From Deinococcales bacterium (GTDB lineage: Bacteria > Deinococcota > Deinococci > Deinococcales > JAAFIG01), in the NCBI GenBank assembly GCA_031414595.1, contig JANNVX010000044.1:1-18687 (forward strand): 18,687 nucleotides of DNA, read 5' to 3'. Every line of letters starts with the position of its first letter. Within the stretch, counting starts at the first letter, position 1. This document shows, piece by piece, positions 1-8,271 of this stretch. Below the pieces are notes generated by a model. The model was not told where the DNA came from. It searched no databases and worked only from the letters and a program-made list of their open reading frames with translations. The position numbers and the translations under genes are program-made.

Positions 1-111
1 CCATATCACTTGGCGACGAGTTTTTTCTTTGGCATCTTTGCACTGTTTGTAGTGTTTCTCGAGTTCTTCAGTCGTATGGTGGGCGGTTAGAGGTGTGCCT
101 AATCTTGACAT
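1..111 (-). CDS. IS630-family transposase N-terminus (partial, runs off the window)
   Basis: My translation from ATG at 111 (not in the ORF track) is MSRLGTPLTAHHTTEELEKHYKQCKDAKEKTRRQVIW. It resembles the 'H-L-S-x-EELExxY-R-x-x-KD-x-x-E-R-x-R-W-Q-x-IW' N-terminus of IS630 winged-helix transposases. Confidence 0.7.
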   Translation of the reverse strand, partial: MSRLGTPLTAHHTTEELEKHYKQCKDAKEKTRRQVIW

Positions 112-132
112 TCCTTATTATCTACCTAAAGT
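105..132 (+). promoter_or_regulatory. Putative outward-facing sigma70 promoter inside the IS end
   Basis: TTGACA (105-110), 16 nt, TAAAGT (127-132), pointing into the DUF4276 remnant and the helicase. Confidence 0.4.
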
Positions 133-137
133 TGGTA

Positions 138-758
138 TCAGGTAAAGTGCTGCTCGAGAAGCTGATTCCTAGGATTCTTGGAAATCAAGGCTCTCCTCAC
201 ACGTGGAATTTGCATTCATATAAAGGCATTGGGCGTATTCCACAGAACTTAAATCATCTTGCAGACCCTTCAAAACGAATTTTACTAGACCGATTACCGC
301 AAATTCTAAGGGGTTATGGTCAAACACCTGGTTATGATGCTGTTGTGGTTGTGCTGGACTCAGACCGTCGGAACTGCCAAGAGTTTTTAGAAGAATTAAA
401 AGACCTTTTACAGAATTCACAACCCGCACCACAAACCTTGTTTCGATTAGCCATAGAAGAAATGGAGGCTTGGTATTTTGGAGACCGAGCAGCCTTATTA
501 AAAGCCTATCCAAAAGCCAAAAAAGGTATTTTGGAAAAGTACAAGCAAGACAGTGTTTGTAGCACATGGGAATTGCTTGCCGATGCCATTCATGCTGGTG
601 GTTCGGCAGCCTTACCAAATTTTGCACTGGCTGGAAAAGCCAAAAACGAATGGGCAGAACGCATTGGTGAGCATATGTCGCTCGAGGAGAATCAATCACC
701 CAGTTTTATAAAATTTCGTGATGGTGTAAGACGCTTAATCAGTATGGCTAACTCATAA
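138..758 (+). pseudogene. DUF4276-family (TOPRIM/RloB-like) protein, N-terminally truncated by the IS insertion
   Basis: Motifs VVVVLDSD, LAIEEMEAWYFGD and N-x-SPSF are typical of DUF4276. The expected N-terminal hhVED motif before SG is replaced by IS-derived sequence. An in-frame GTG at 147 could restart a truncated product. Confidence 0.7.
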
Positions 759-766
759 GGACAATC

Positions 767-2827
767 ATGGAATTTCGCATTGCGGACACATTTACAGGTA
801 GCCTTGCTCGTTTGACCAGCGAAGAACAAAAAGCTGTTAAAACCACAGCTTTTGATTTGCAAATGAATCCATCAGCTACGGGTTTGCAATTTCATCGAAT
901 AGAAAAATCCAAAGACAAGCATTTTTGGTCAGTTCGAGTCAATGCCGATATTCGCTTAATTATCCATAAAACCAATTCGAGTTTGTTATTGTGCTACACC
1001 GACCATCACGATAAAGCCTATGCTTGGGCAGAACGCCGTAAGCTCGAGACGCACCCAAGAACAGGGGCAGCCCAACTTGTGGAAATCCGTGAACGAGTCG
1101 AGGAAATAGTTGTACCTAAATACGTTGAAGTCTCTGTTGCTGCAAAAAAATTATTTACCAAAATTTCGGATGATGAATTACTTGGCTTTGGTGTGCCAAT
1201 AGATTGGCTGTCTGATGTTCGTCATGCCACAGAAACCAGCTTGCTCGAGCTTACTGAATATTTACCTTTTGAAGCTGCCGAAGCGCTCTTGGAGCTTGCC
1301 ACTGGCAACACCCCGAAAGTTGCACCTGTGGTTGCTGGAAATCCGTTTGCACATCCAGATGCACTGCGTCGTTTCCGTGTCATGCAAGATGTCGAAGAAC
1401 TGAGCAAAGCCCTAGATTACCCGTGGGAAAAATGGATGGTTTTTTTGCACCCAGCGCAACGCCAATGGGTGGAACGAGATTACAGTGGTTCGGCTCGAGT
1501 TTCTGGTTCGGCTGGCACTGGAAAAACCGTGGTTGCTTTGCATCGGGCGGTGTACTTGGTTAAACAAAACATGGATACTCGAGTCTTACTGACCACATTT
1601 TCTAAACCTCTTGCCAGTGCCTTGTTTGATAAGTTACGGCTTTTAATTCGTTCAGAACCAATTCTTGCCGAAAGACTTGAGGTTCAAGCCTTGAACATTT
1701 GGGCAGAACGTTTTTATGCACCAAAATTTGGTAAACCCAATTTTGTTACAGATACTTGGTTGGTCGCACATTTATTTGATACCGCTCAAGCAGAAGGTTT
1801 GAAGTTCTCTAAACACTTTCTGATGTCTGAATGGTCAGAAATTATGGATGCTTGGCAACTCCAAACGTGGGAAGAATACCGTGATGTTAAACGCTTAGGT
1901 AGAAAAACCCGTTTATCAGAAATACAACGCACCAGTTTATGGGCTGTATTTATATCTGTAAAGCAACAACTTAAAGAAGCTAATCTAATCACTGCCGCAC
2001 AAATGTATAGTCGTCTCACCGAGCATTTTAAGAGCATAGACCATGCGCCATTTGACCATATTGTCATAGATGAAGCTCAAGACATTACTGTTTCGCAAAT
2101 GCGGTTTCTAGCCGTAATTGCAGGCAAAACCAATGGTTTATTTTTTGCTGGCGACCTTGGGCAACGTATTTTTCAAACACCCTTTTCTTGGAAAACAGTA
2201 GGAGTGGACATTCGTGGGCGTTCACGAACCCTATTTGTTAATTATCGCACCTCGCATCAAATCAGAATGCAAGCCGATCAATTACTCGAGCCTCAAATAG
2301 CAGATGTGGATGGAAATATCGAAGAACGCACAGGCACAATTTCGGTGTTCAACGGAACAGCACCACATATCGCCACCTTTACAAGTATGCTTCTCGAGCA
2401 GCAGGCAGTCTGTAAATGCTTACAAGAATTTATTGCCAAAGGGATAAAGCCGCATGAAATCGGTGTTTTTGTACGCTCAAACCTAGAATTGCCTCGAGCC
2501 AAAACTGCGATTCAACAAGCAGCATTACCTTTTAAGATTCTTGATGATAGTTTAGAATTAGCCACAGAAGAAATTTCGTTATGTACCATGCACCACGCCA
2601 AAGGACTCGAGTTTAAGGCAGTTATAGTCATGGCTTGCGATGATGAAATTATTCCTTCACAAGAACGCATTGCGAACGTGACTGACACAGCCGACCTTGA
2701 AGAAATCCACAATACAGAACGACACTTGCTGTATGTTGCTTGCACTCGAGCCAGAGATAAACTTTTTGTAAGTGGTGTCGAGCCAGTTTCCGAATTTCTG
2801 GCTGACCTGAGAATGCGATCATCTTAA
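767..2827 (+). CDS. UvrD/Rep-like superfamily I helicase with N-terminal RelE-like domain
   Basis: Walker A GSAGTGKT, Walker B IVIDEAQD, GDLGQRIF, NYRTS, TMHHAKGLEF, LLYVACTRAR. The first ~90 aa (F..SLARL...LQFHRI...FWSVRVNADIRLII) are RelE-fold-like. AAGGA Shine-Dalgarno upstream. Confidence 0.9.
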   Translation: MEFRIADTFTGSLARLTSEEQKAVKTTAFDLQMNPSATGLQFHRIEKSKDKHFWSVRVNADIRLIIHKTNSSLLLCYTDHHDKAYAWAERRKLETHPRTGAAQLVEIRERVEEIVVPKYVEVSVAAKKLFTKISDDELLGFGVPIDWLSDVRHATETSLLELTEYLPFEAAEALLELATGNTPKVAPVVAGNPFAHPDALRRFRVMQDVEELSKALDYPWEKWMVFLHPAQRQWVERDYSGSARVSGSAGTGKTVVALHRAVYLVKQNMDTRVLLTTFSKPLASALFDKLRLLIRSEPILAERLEVQALNIWAERFYAPKFGKPNFVTDTWLVAHLFDTAQAEGLKFSKHFLMSEWSEIMDAWQLQTWEEYRDVKRLGRKTRLSEIQRTSLWAVFISVKQQLKEANLITAAQMYSRLTEHFKSIDHAPFDHIVIDEAQDITVSQMRFLAVIAGKTNGLFFAGDLGQRIFQTPFSWKTVGVDIRGRSRTLFVNYRTSHQIRMQADQLLEPQIADVDGNIEERTGTISVFNGTAPHIATFTSMLLEQQAVCKCLQEFIAKGIKPHEIGVFVRSNLELPRAKTAIQQAALPFKILDDSLELATEEISLCTMHHAKGLEFKAVIVMACDDEIIPSQERIANVTDTADLEEIHNTERHLLYVACTRARDKLFVSGVEPVSEFLADLRMRSS

Positions 2828-2962
2828 TTTCAATTGGACACTCATGCCATTTCTCGAGACGGAATGTGTCCCGAGTTCGTTTACTTATCTTTGACAGTAG
2901 TCAAACTTTAGTTTGTGAAGTATTTGGCGGACTTTGTTGTTTTACTGACGCATAATGATTTT

Positions 2963-4549
2963 ATGAATCTGACTCGAGTTATTCCACTGGTTCTTATTTC
3001 GGTCGCGGCACTTGGGGCTTGCGGTTCAACCCCACTGCCCGAAATTCCTATTCGTATTTCAAGCGAGGGTGTGACCCACCCGACCAACCTTGCACCGACA
3101 CTGGTACAGCGTTTTTACATCACCAATGAAAGTAAACGCGAAAAAGAAATTCGTCTCGAGCCGAGTTATCGCGGCTTAAAGTACCAACCGCGTAACGTGG
3201 CGTACACAGGTTATGCAGGCTGGGATGGTTTGGTTGTGCCTCGGTCTGATTCGGCTCGAGCCGACTGGCTAACCGTTAAACTCAACCGTGCTGCCACAGT
3301 GGTCGTGGCTTGGAAACTCAGCGCCCCGTGGTTAGCCGATTGGACAGCCAGTTCCGAAATCGCTGGTGGCTATAAAACCTATAAAAAATCTTTTGCGGCT
3401 GGGGATGTTAAGTTGCCCAGTCCTGGCAAAAGCAACGAAGCCTACGAAGTATTGTTTGCCGAAAGCAACGGACAGCCATCAGTTGCGCCCATTTTAGCGC
3501 CGCAAGCTCCGGCTGGGGCAGCTTTGCCACAAGCCAATCAAACTTGCCCAGATTGGTTGCATCATTTGTACGAAGTGACTGGGCGTGATGGCAACAAGTA
3601 CGATTCTTGGCATCCGCAAATAGACCCCGTGTACTGGTGTTATTTTCGGCACGAACACGGTTCTGACCCTGCTTTAATTGGCTATAACGGTGCAGCCCTC
3701 GAGTATGTGGCAAAACTTTTTGGTGACCAAGCCGAAATCCACGAAGGTTTTAAGAGCTTTGTGATTCGTGATGAAACGACGGGCGTGGGTTGGTACATCA
3801 ATGTTCATGCCGAAACGGGTTTTGAACACCGTGTTTGTACCCAAAACCATACGGTGGTGATTGCGGCGGTTGGCTTAAAAGACACCGCTACCTTTGCCAG
3901 TGGTGAGTTACTCGCCGAACTGGGTTTCAAAGGTGATTTTGGGGCAAGCATCACCAATAATCAGATGGGCGGCAAAAACTTTGTGATTCAAAAAACCACG
4001 CTGCAAGGTGGTGTCTGTGCCAACCAACAAGCCATTTTTGATACCACCCAGACCGCAAAATCCAAAGCTGCAAAACGTATTCGCGTAGCTGCCGACGGCT
4101 TTGGAAACAATGGCTACGAAGGCTGGGACGGCGGGATTCAAAAAGAACTTGGTTTTAGTTTCCCCGATTGGAACGCGGGAATTGCAATAGATATTCGCAA
4201 CCCAAGCACGGCTTGCGCCACCCTCGAGTGTAGCGCTTTGGTACGCAATAAAAACGACCACGGTGACGAACGCACAATTTCGATGCGTGGCTTAAAATTG
4301 GCATACCGAAAAATACTCGATGAAGTCAATGGCTCAGCCGCCGATGGCGTGTTTTACACCAATTTATACGGCACAGTACCTTTTGACACCAATGGCGCGG
4401 GGCGAATCCGGCAATTTGTCAAACCTAACTTAAACCTGACCTTACCAGATGGTTTTTTCACCACCGAGGATGCTTGGCGTGGGTTGTACGTCAAAGATGG
4501 CAGCGTGCCACGCACCGAACTCGAGGATGCACTGGGCGAAATCAATTAA
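2963..4549 (+). CDS. Large lipoprotein of unknown function (Cys/His-rich motif)
   Basis: Start revised to ATG 2963 (CATAAT 6 nt upstream). Signal peptide MNLTRVIPLVLISVAALGAC with lipobox LGAC; internal WHPQIDPVYWCYFRHEHGSDP motif. Confidence 0.75.
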   Translation: MNLTRVIPLVLISVAALGACGSTPLPEIPIRISSEGVTHPTNLAPTLVQRFYITNESKREKEIRLEPSYRGLKYQPRNVAYTGYAGWDGLVVPRSDSARADWLTVKLNRAATVVVAWKLSAPWLADWTASSEIAGGYKTYKKSFAAGDVKLPSPGKSNEAYEVLFAESNGQPSVAPILAPQAPAGAALPQANQTCPDWLHHLYEVTGRDGNKYDSWHPQIDPVYWCYFRHEHGSDPALIGYNGAALEYVAKLFGDQAEIHEGFKSFVIRDETTGVGWYINVHAETGFEHRVCTQNHTVVIAAVGLKDTATFASGELLAELGFKGDFGASITNNQMGGKNFVIQKTTLQGGVCANQQAIFDTTQTAKSKAAKRIRVAADGFGNNGYEGWDGGIQKELGFSFPDWNAGIAIDIRNPSTACATLECSALVRNKNDHGDERTISMRGLKLAYRKILDEVNGSAADGVFYTNLYGTVPFDTNGAGRIRQFVKPNLNLTLPDGFFTTEDAWRGLYVKDGSVPRTELEDALGEIN

Positions 4550-4560
4550 GGCTCGAGAAT

Positions 4561-4592
4561 AAAAAAAGGACTGCACTTAGCAGTCCTTTTTT
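4561..4592. terminator. Bidirectional rho-independent terminator
   Basis: AAAAAAAGGACTGC-ACTTA-GCAGTCCTTTTTT: a perfect stem with A and T tracts on both sides, between convergent genes. Confidence 0.9.
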
Positions 4593-4602
4593 GATGCTAT
4601 TT

Positions 4603-4650
4603 TATGGGGCTGGCGGCACAGTCCACTATGGGGCTGGTGGTACAGTCCAC
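4603..4650. repeat. Tandem 24-bp duplication of the 3' end of the 4626-5054 gene
   Basis: TATGGGGCTGGCGGCACAGTCCAC followed by TATGGGGCTGGTGGTACAGTCCAC; both encode WTVPPAP-stop on the minus strand. Confidence 0.9.
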
Positions 4651-5054
4651 TGAAATTTAACCGTCACACCATTAGAAACCACTGGGTTATTGTTCGTGTC
4701 CAAAGCCTGACCGTTGACATAAAAATACGGTTTGTCATTGGTGGCGTTTTGCGGCACAGTCACGGTAATGTCAGCACTGGTGTTGCCCGTTAAAGTAAAG
4801 TCCTTGGGGTCTATTTCTACGCCACTCGAGCCAGAGATACTGATTTTTACTTTCTTAGCCGCAGGGGATAATAGTTTAGAGCTAATACTGACGATTTGAT
4901 TTGTCCCTCGAGCCACAAAAAAATCTGTTGATTTAGGAGGTTTAGGGTTGGTCTCGAGTTGAATCAGGTCGGTTGGTACTTCGACAATTGGCGTGACTGG
5001 TTTAGGCGTGCTTTGACAAGCCATTAAAATCGGTAAAAGCCATAAATAACGCAT
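4626..5054 (-). CDS. Small lipoprotein, probable Ig-like beta-sandwich
   Basis: MRYLWLLPILMAC lipoprotein signal, Pro-rich linker and beta-rich C-terminus. TAGACT -10 lies 6 nt before the ATG. Confidence 0.75.
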   Translation of the reverse strand: MRYLWLLPILMACQSTPKPVTPIVEVPTDLIQLETNPKPPKSTDFFVARGTNQIVSISSKLLSPAAKKVKISISGSSGVEIDPKDFTLTGNTSADITVTVPQNATNDKPYFYVNGQALDTNNNPVVSNGVTVKFQWTVPPAP

Positions 5055-5103
5055 AAACCAAGTCTACTCGAGGAATTGTTTTTTGGCTGTGTGGTTTTTC
5101 GCC

Positions 5104-6465
5104 TTATTTGACGCTAGAAATCGCTTGGCTACCACCGCAATCCCGTCCCAGACGGGCAATGGCTCGAGCCTCGGGGTTTGGATTGGTGTTCTCTACTGGG
5201 ACAGTCCAAACCAATGGATTACCACTCGAGATAATTCCTTCGCTAAACAGTTCGGTAGCGCTGGTGCTGATGGTGTTTGGTAAATCCAGTTCGGCTCTGG
5301 CTGGAATACCGTAAGGGAACAAGGTCGAAACCGTGATCGTCAGTTCTGAATTGCGGTCAATTGGCTTTGGGCTTAGAACAATGCGTTGCAACACAACATA
5401 TTCCACGGTGATTTCGGTGGTTTGGTCTTGAATTGCTACAGCTTTAATCGGACGAATCCATGCTCCGGGTAAACTCAGGGCTTGGATATTGACTACTCCG
5501 GCTGATACTGCCACGCTATCGCCTGTTTTGATACTTGTGCCGTTGACTTTGATTTCAAGGCTGGGCAAATCAGTTCTCGAGCCACACGAAACTGCTACGG
5601 CTTTAACAATTAAATTGGTGGGTGATTGAAAACCGGGCAAAATGGTGTACAGCGCTTCATCGCCTAAACGAACCCGAATGCTAAAGGAATTGGAAAATTG
5701 TTTGGTGCTGGCGACTGTTCGTGCCACCACCCGCCAACGCCCAAGCAGTGCCTCGGTCATCGGAATATCATCGCTTGCCCATTGACCATCCAAAGAAGAA
5801 GTCAGTGGACGGCTTGCGCCGTCTGGGGTGACTAAACTCAGTGCCATTTCCTCGAGACCGTCGGCATCGTAATTGCCAAGTCGGATGGTTTTACCCAAGG
5901 CACTGTTCGGCACATCAATAAAACCGACCAATTGGTCTTGGTTGGCTTCGCCACGCAAATTGACTGTGAATTCGCTGGCTTCAAGCCGCACATTATTAGA
6001 AGCCCGAACTGCAAAAGCGTTTTTGCCATTGCCCTTGGATTCAACTTGGAATTTATAATTGCCCGGACGTAAAACCCCAGCATAGAAACGCTGCAAATCG
6101 TGTTGTTCGCCCACTCCAAAAGTACGCCGCGCCAAAACTCGTCCACTTGATTCACGCAGCGTAAAAGTGGTTTTCAAGTCTGGATTCTGCCCGTATAATT
6201 CATCACCAAAATACGCCCCTGTATTGCGATTGGTGGTCAGGTCAGCTTTATTGGTTTCAGGGCTAAAAATCTCCACCACGGTACGAACCAAATTTGTGCC
6301 GGAGACCACCAAGCGGTAATCCTCGAGACCAAAACCAGCGCTGACCTCATTACCCACCGAGACCAAAGGCAGGGCGACTTGACGCACCTCAAAAGCTGGA
6401 TTGTCTTGCGCCCAAGCCGTACTGCCGCACAGGGCTGCCAATAAAATTAAAGATATTTTTTTCAT
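5104..6465 (-). CDS. Secreted/surface protein resembling N-terminal regions of Deinococcus DUF11-type proteins
   Basis: Sec signal MKKISLILLAALCGSTAWAQ; motifs LPLVSVG, GDELYG, TTFTL, GNGKNAF. TAGGCT -10 lies 7 nt upstream of ATG 6465. The family call is from memory. Confidence 0.6.
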   Translation of the reverse strand: MKKISLILLAALCGSTAWAQDNPAFEVRQVALPLVSVGNEVSAGFGLEDYRLVVSGTNLVRTVVEIFSPETNKADLTTNRNTGAYFGDELYGQNPDLKTTFTLRESSGRVLARRTFGVGEQHDLQRFYAGVLRPGNYKFQVESKGNGKNAFAVRASNNVRLEASEFTVNLRGEANQDQLVGFIDVPNSALGKTIRLGNYDADGLEEMALSLVTPDGASRPLTSSLDGQWASDDIPMTEALLGRWRVVARTVASTKQFSNSFSIRVRLGDEALYTILPGFQSPTNLIVKAVAVSCGSRTDLPSLEIKVNGTSIKTGDSVAVSAGVVNIQALSLPGAWIRPIKAVAIQDQTTEITVEYVVLQRIVLSPKPIDRNSELTITVSTLFPYGIPARAELDLPNTISTSATELFSEGIISSGNPLVWTVPVENTNPNPEARAIARLGRDCGGSQAISSVK

Positions 6466-6597
6466 CACCAAAAGCCTAATGCCTTTTTAAGCTCGAGTCA
6501 CCCAACTTTGGAATGGTTTTAACAAAATCTTTAAGCAATACCGAGCCTAACTCTAGGGATGGTTTCAAGCTGCCCCAAATTAGAGTAGATTTATTGT

Positions 6598-7842
6598 ATG
6601 TCTTTCAAACGCGGATTAACCTCTATGATTTTGTTTTCGGGCATGGCATTGGCGCTCCAAAGCACTTGGCAACGCTCAGAAATCGTGCTGCTCGAGACCT
6701 TAAGTTTATCTCGTTTGCCCGAAACGCCACTAGACCCAAGCAACAAATACCAACAAGACCTGAAAGCTGTTCTGTTCGGACAAAAACTCTTTTATGACCC
6801 GCGTTTGTCTGGCGACGAAGGCATTTCTTGCGCCACTTGCCATATGCCATCAAGCAACTATGTGGATAACTTGGCATTGTCCGAAGGGCGCGGCGTGGGT
6901 ACACGCAAAGCCTTATCGGTGGTTGGTGCAGCCTATAGCCAATGGTTATTTTGGGATGGTCGTGCCGATTCGCTCTGGGCGCAAGCCTTGGGTCCGCTCG
7001 AGAACCCCATCGAACATGCTGGCACAAGGGCGCAGTACGCCACTTTGGTCAGGCGTTTATACCCCAACGACTACGAAGCTATCTTTGGAAAACTACCGCC
7101 CGAAGCAACATGGGCTAAACTTCCTAAGAAGGCGGGACCCACGGGCAACCTAAGCGAACGCCAAGCATGGGAAAAACTCAATTATGCCGAACGCGACGTA
7201 ATCAACCGTGTCTTTGTCAACATCGGTAAAGCCATTGCCGCCTTTGAGACCAAACTTAAACCCGGCACGACTCGAGTTGACCAGTACATCAACAACATCC
7301 GACGAACCAACCCCACCACAACCTTAAACAACAACGAAATCGCGGGCTTAAAACTCTTTATTGGCAAAGCCAACTGTATTGCTTGCCATTCGGGGGCGCG
7401 ATTCACCGATGATAAATTTCATAATGTCGGCGTTCCAACCCCAGAAAAACTCCAAGCCGATGAAGGTAGACAACGGGCTGTCCGCGCCTTAATCCAAAGC
7501 GAATTTGGCTGTTGGTCGCCGTATTCCGACTCGAGCAGCAACTGCGGTTTAATCAGTGGCAACACCAACGCCGCCCAAGCCCCAGACGGCGCATTCAAAA
7601 CCCCAAGTTTACGCAACGTCGCCAATCACTACCCGTACATGCACGCGGGGCAGTTCTATACCTTGGCGGATGTGGTGCGTCATTATAACACTGCCCCCAG
7701 AGCGGTAGTTGGTACAAGCCAGCTTAAACCATTAAACCTGAGCCAACTCGAGCAGCAACAACTGGTGGCATTTTTAGAAAGCCTCAGCGCTCCTGTCAAC
7801 GCTCCAGCCAATTTACTCGAGAGTCCAGAGTTGCCGCAGTGA
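6598..7842 (+). CDS. Di-heme cytochrome c peroxidase / MauG-family protein
   Basis: Two CxxCH motifs (CATCH, CIACH), GQKLFYDPRLS, FWDGRADSL, FKTPSLRNV, PYMHAG, and an N-terminal signal peptide. Confidence 0.92.
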   Translation: MSFKRGLTSMILFSGMALALQSTWQRSEIVLLETLSLSRLPETPLDPSNKYQQDLKAVLFGQKLFYDPRLSGDEGISCATCHMPSSNYVDNLALSEGRGVGTRKALSVVGAAYSQWLFWDGRADSLWAQALGPLENPIEHAGTRAQYATLVRRLYPNDYEAIFGKLPPEATWAKLPKKAGPTGNLSERQAWEKLNYAERDVINRVFVNIGKAIAAFETKLKPGTTRVDQYINNIRRTNPTTTLNNNEIAGLKLFIGKANCIACHSGARFTDDKFHNVGVPTPEKLQADEGRQRAVRALIQSEFGCWSPYSDSSSNCGLISGNTNAAQAPDGAFKTPSLRNVANHYPYMHAGQFYTLADVVRHYNTAPRAVVGTSQLKPLNLSQLEQQQLVAFLESLSAPVNAPANLLESPELPQ

Positions 7843-7857
7843 GCTTTGAGTCCTGAG

Positions 7858-8271
7858 CTATGAGCTTTGAGTTATTAATTTCTTCTGCTCGAGTGTCTCG
7901 AGTTTTGTAACAGCTTCGGGTGGCACAAGAATGCTTTGCTTGGCTTCAAAATCAAACCAGACATGGGTGCTGATGGCTCGAGCCGCAAGTTGTGTGTTAG
8001 CAAAAACATGGTACTCAAATTTTAGGCTTTTACGTCCGATGCTCAGGCAGCGCATTTTAATCTCGAGGGTGTCGTGCAGTAGGACTGGGCACAGATAATC
8101 TATCTCATTGCCGACCAGTAAAGTCGTTGGGTGTGAACCTCGCAAACCCAGAGTCTCGAGGTATTTGGCTCTGGTTTGCTCCAAGTAAGTCAAATAAACC
8201 GCGTTGTTGACATGACCCAGTGCGTCTATGTCACGGAAACGAATTTCTAGGGTATGGACAAAGAAAAACAT
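7858..8271 (-). CDS. Acyl-CoA thioesterase (4-HBT/hotdog family)
   Basis: RFRDIDALGHVNNAVY motif. Start revised to ATG 8271, which overlaps the permease stop (TAATG coupling). Confidence 0.9.
   Translation of the reverse strand: MFFFVHTLEIRFRDIDALGHVNNAVYLTYLEQTRAKYLETLGLRGSHPTTLLVGNEIDYLCPVLLHDTLEIKMRCLSIGRKSLKFEYHVFANTQLAARAISTHVWFDFEAKQSILVPPEAVTKLETLEQKKLITQSS

Larger units (their letters stand above)
1..137 (-). mobile_element. IS630-family insertion sequence, one end only (the rest lies outside the window)
   Basis: The minus strand encodes a transposase-like N-terminus starting at 111. The element appears to end at ...GTTGGTA (TA at 136-137, the IS630 target dinucleotide), exactly where DUF4276-like coding similarity begins (TCA GGT AAA GTG = SGKV). 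Confidence 0.7.

Noticed and set aside
93-137. ORF-track N-terminus MCLILTFLIIYLKLV as a signal or TM segment
   Set aside because: It is antisense IS630 end sequence fused in frame by chance; family similarity begins at SGKV.
169-699. 176-aa minus-strand ORF
   Set aside because: Shadow of the DUF4276 gene with no recognisable motifs.
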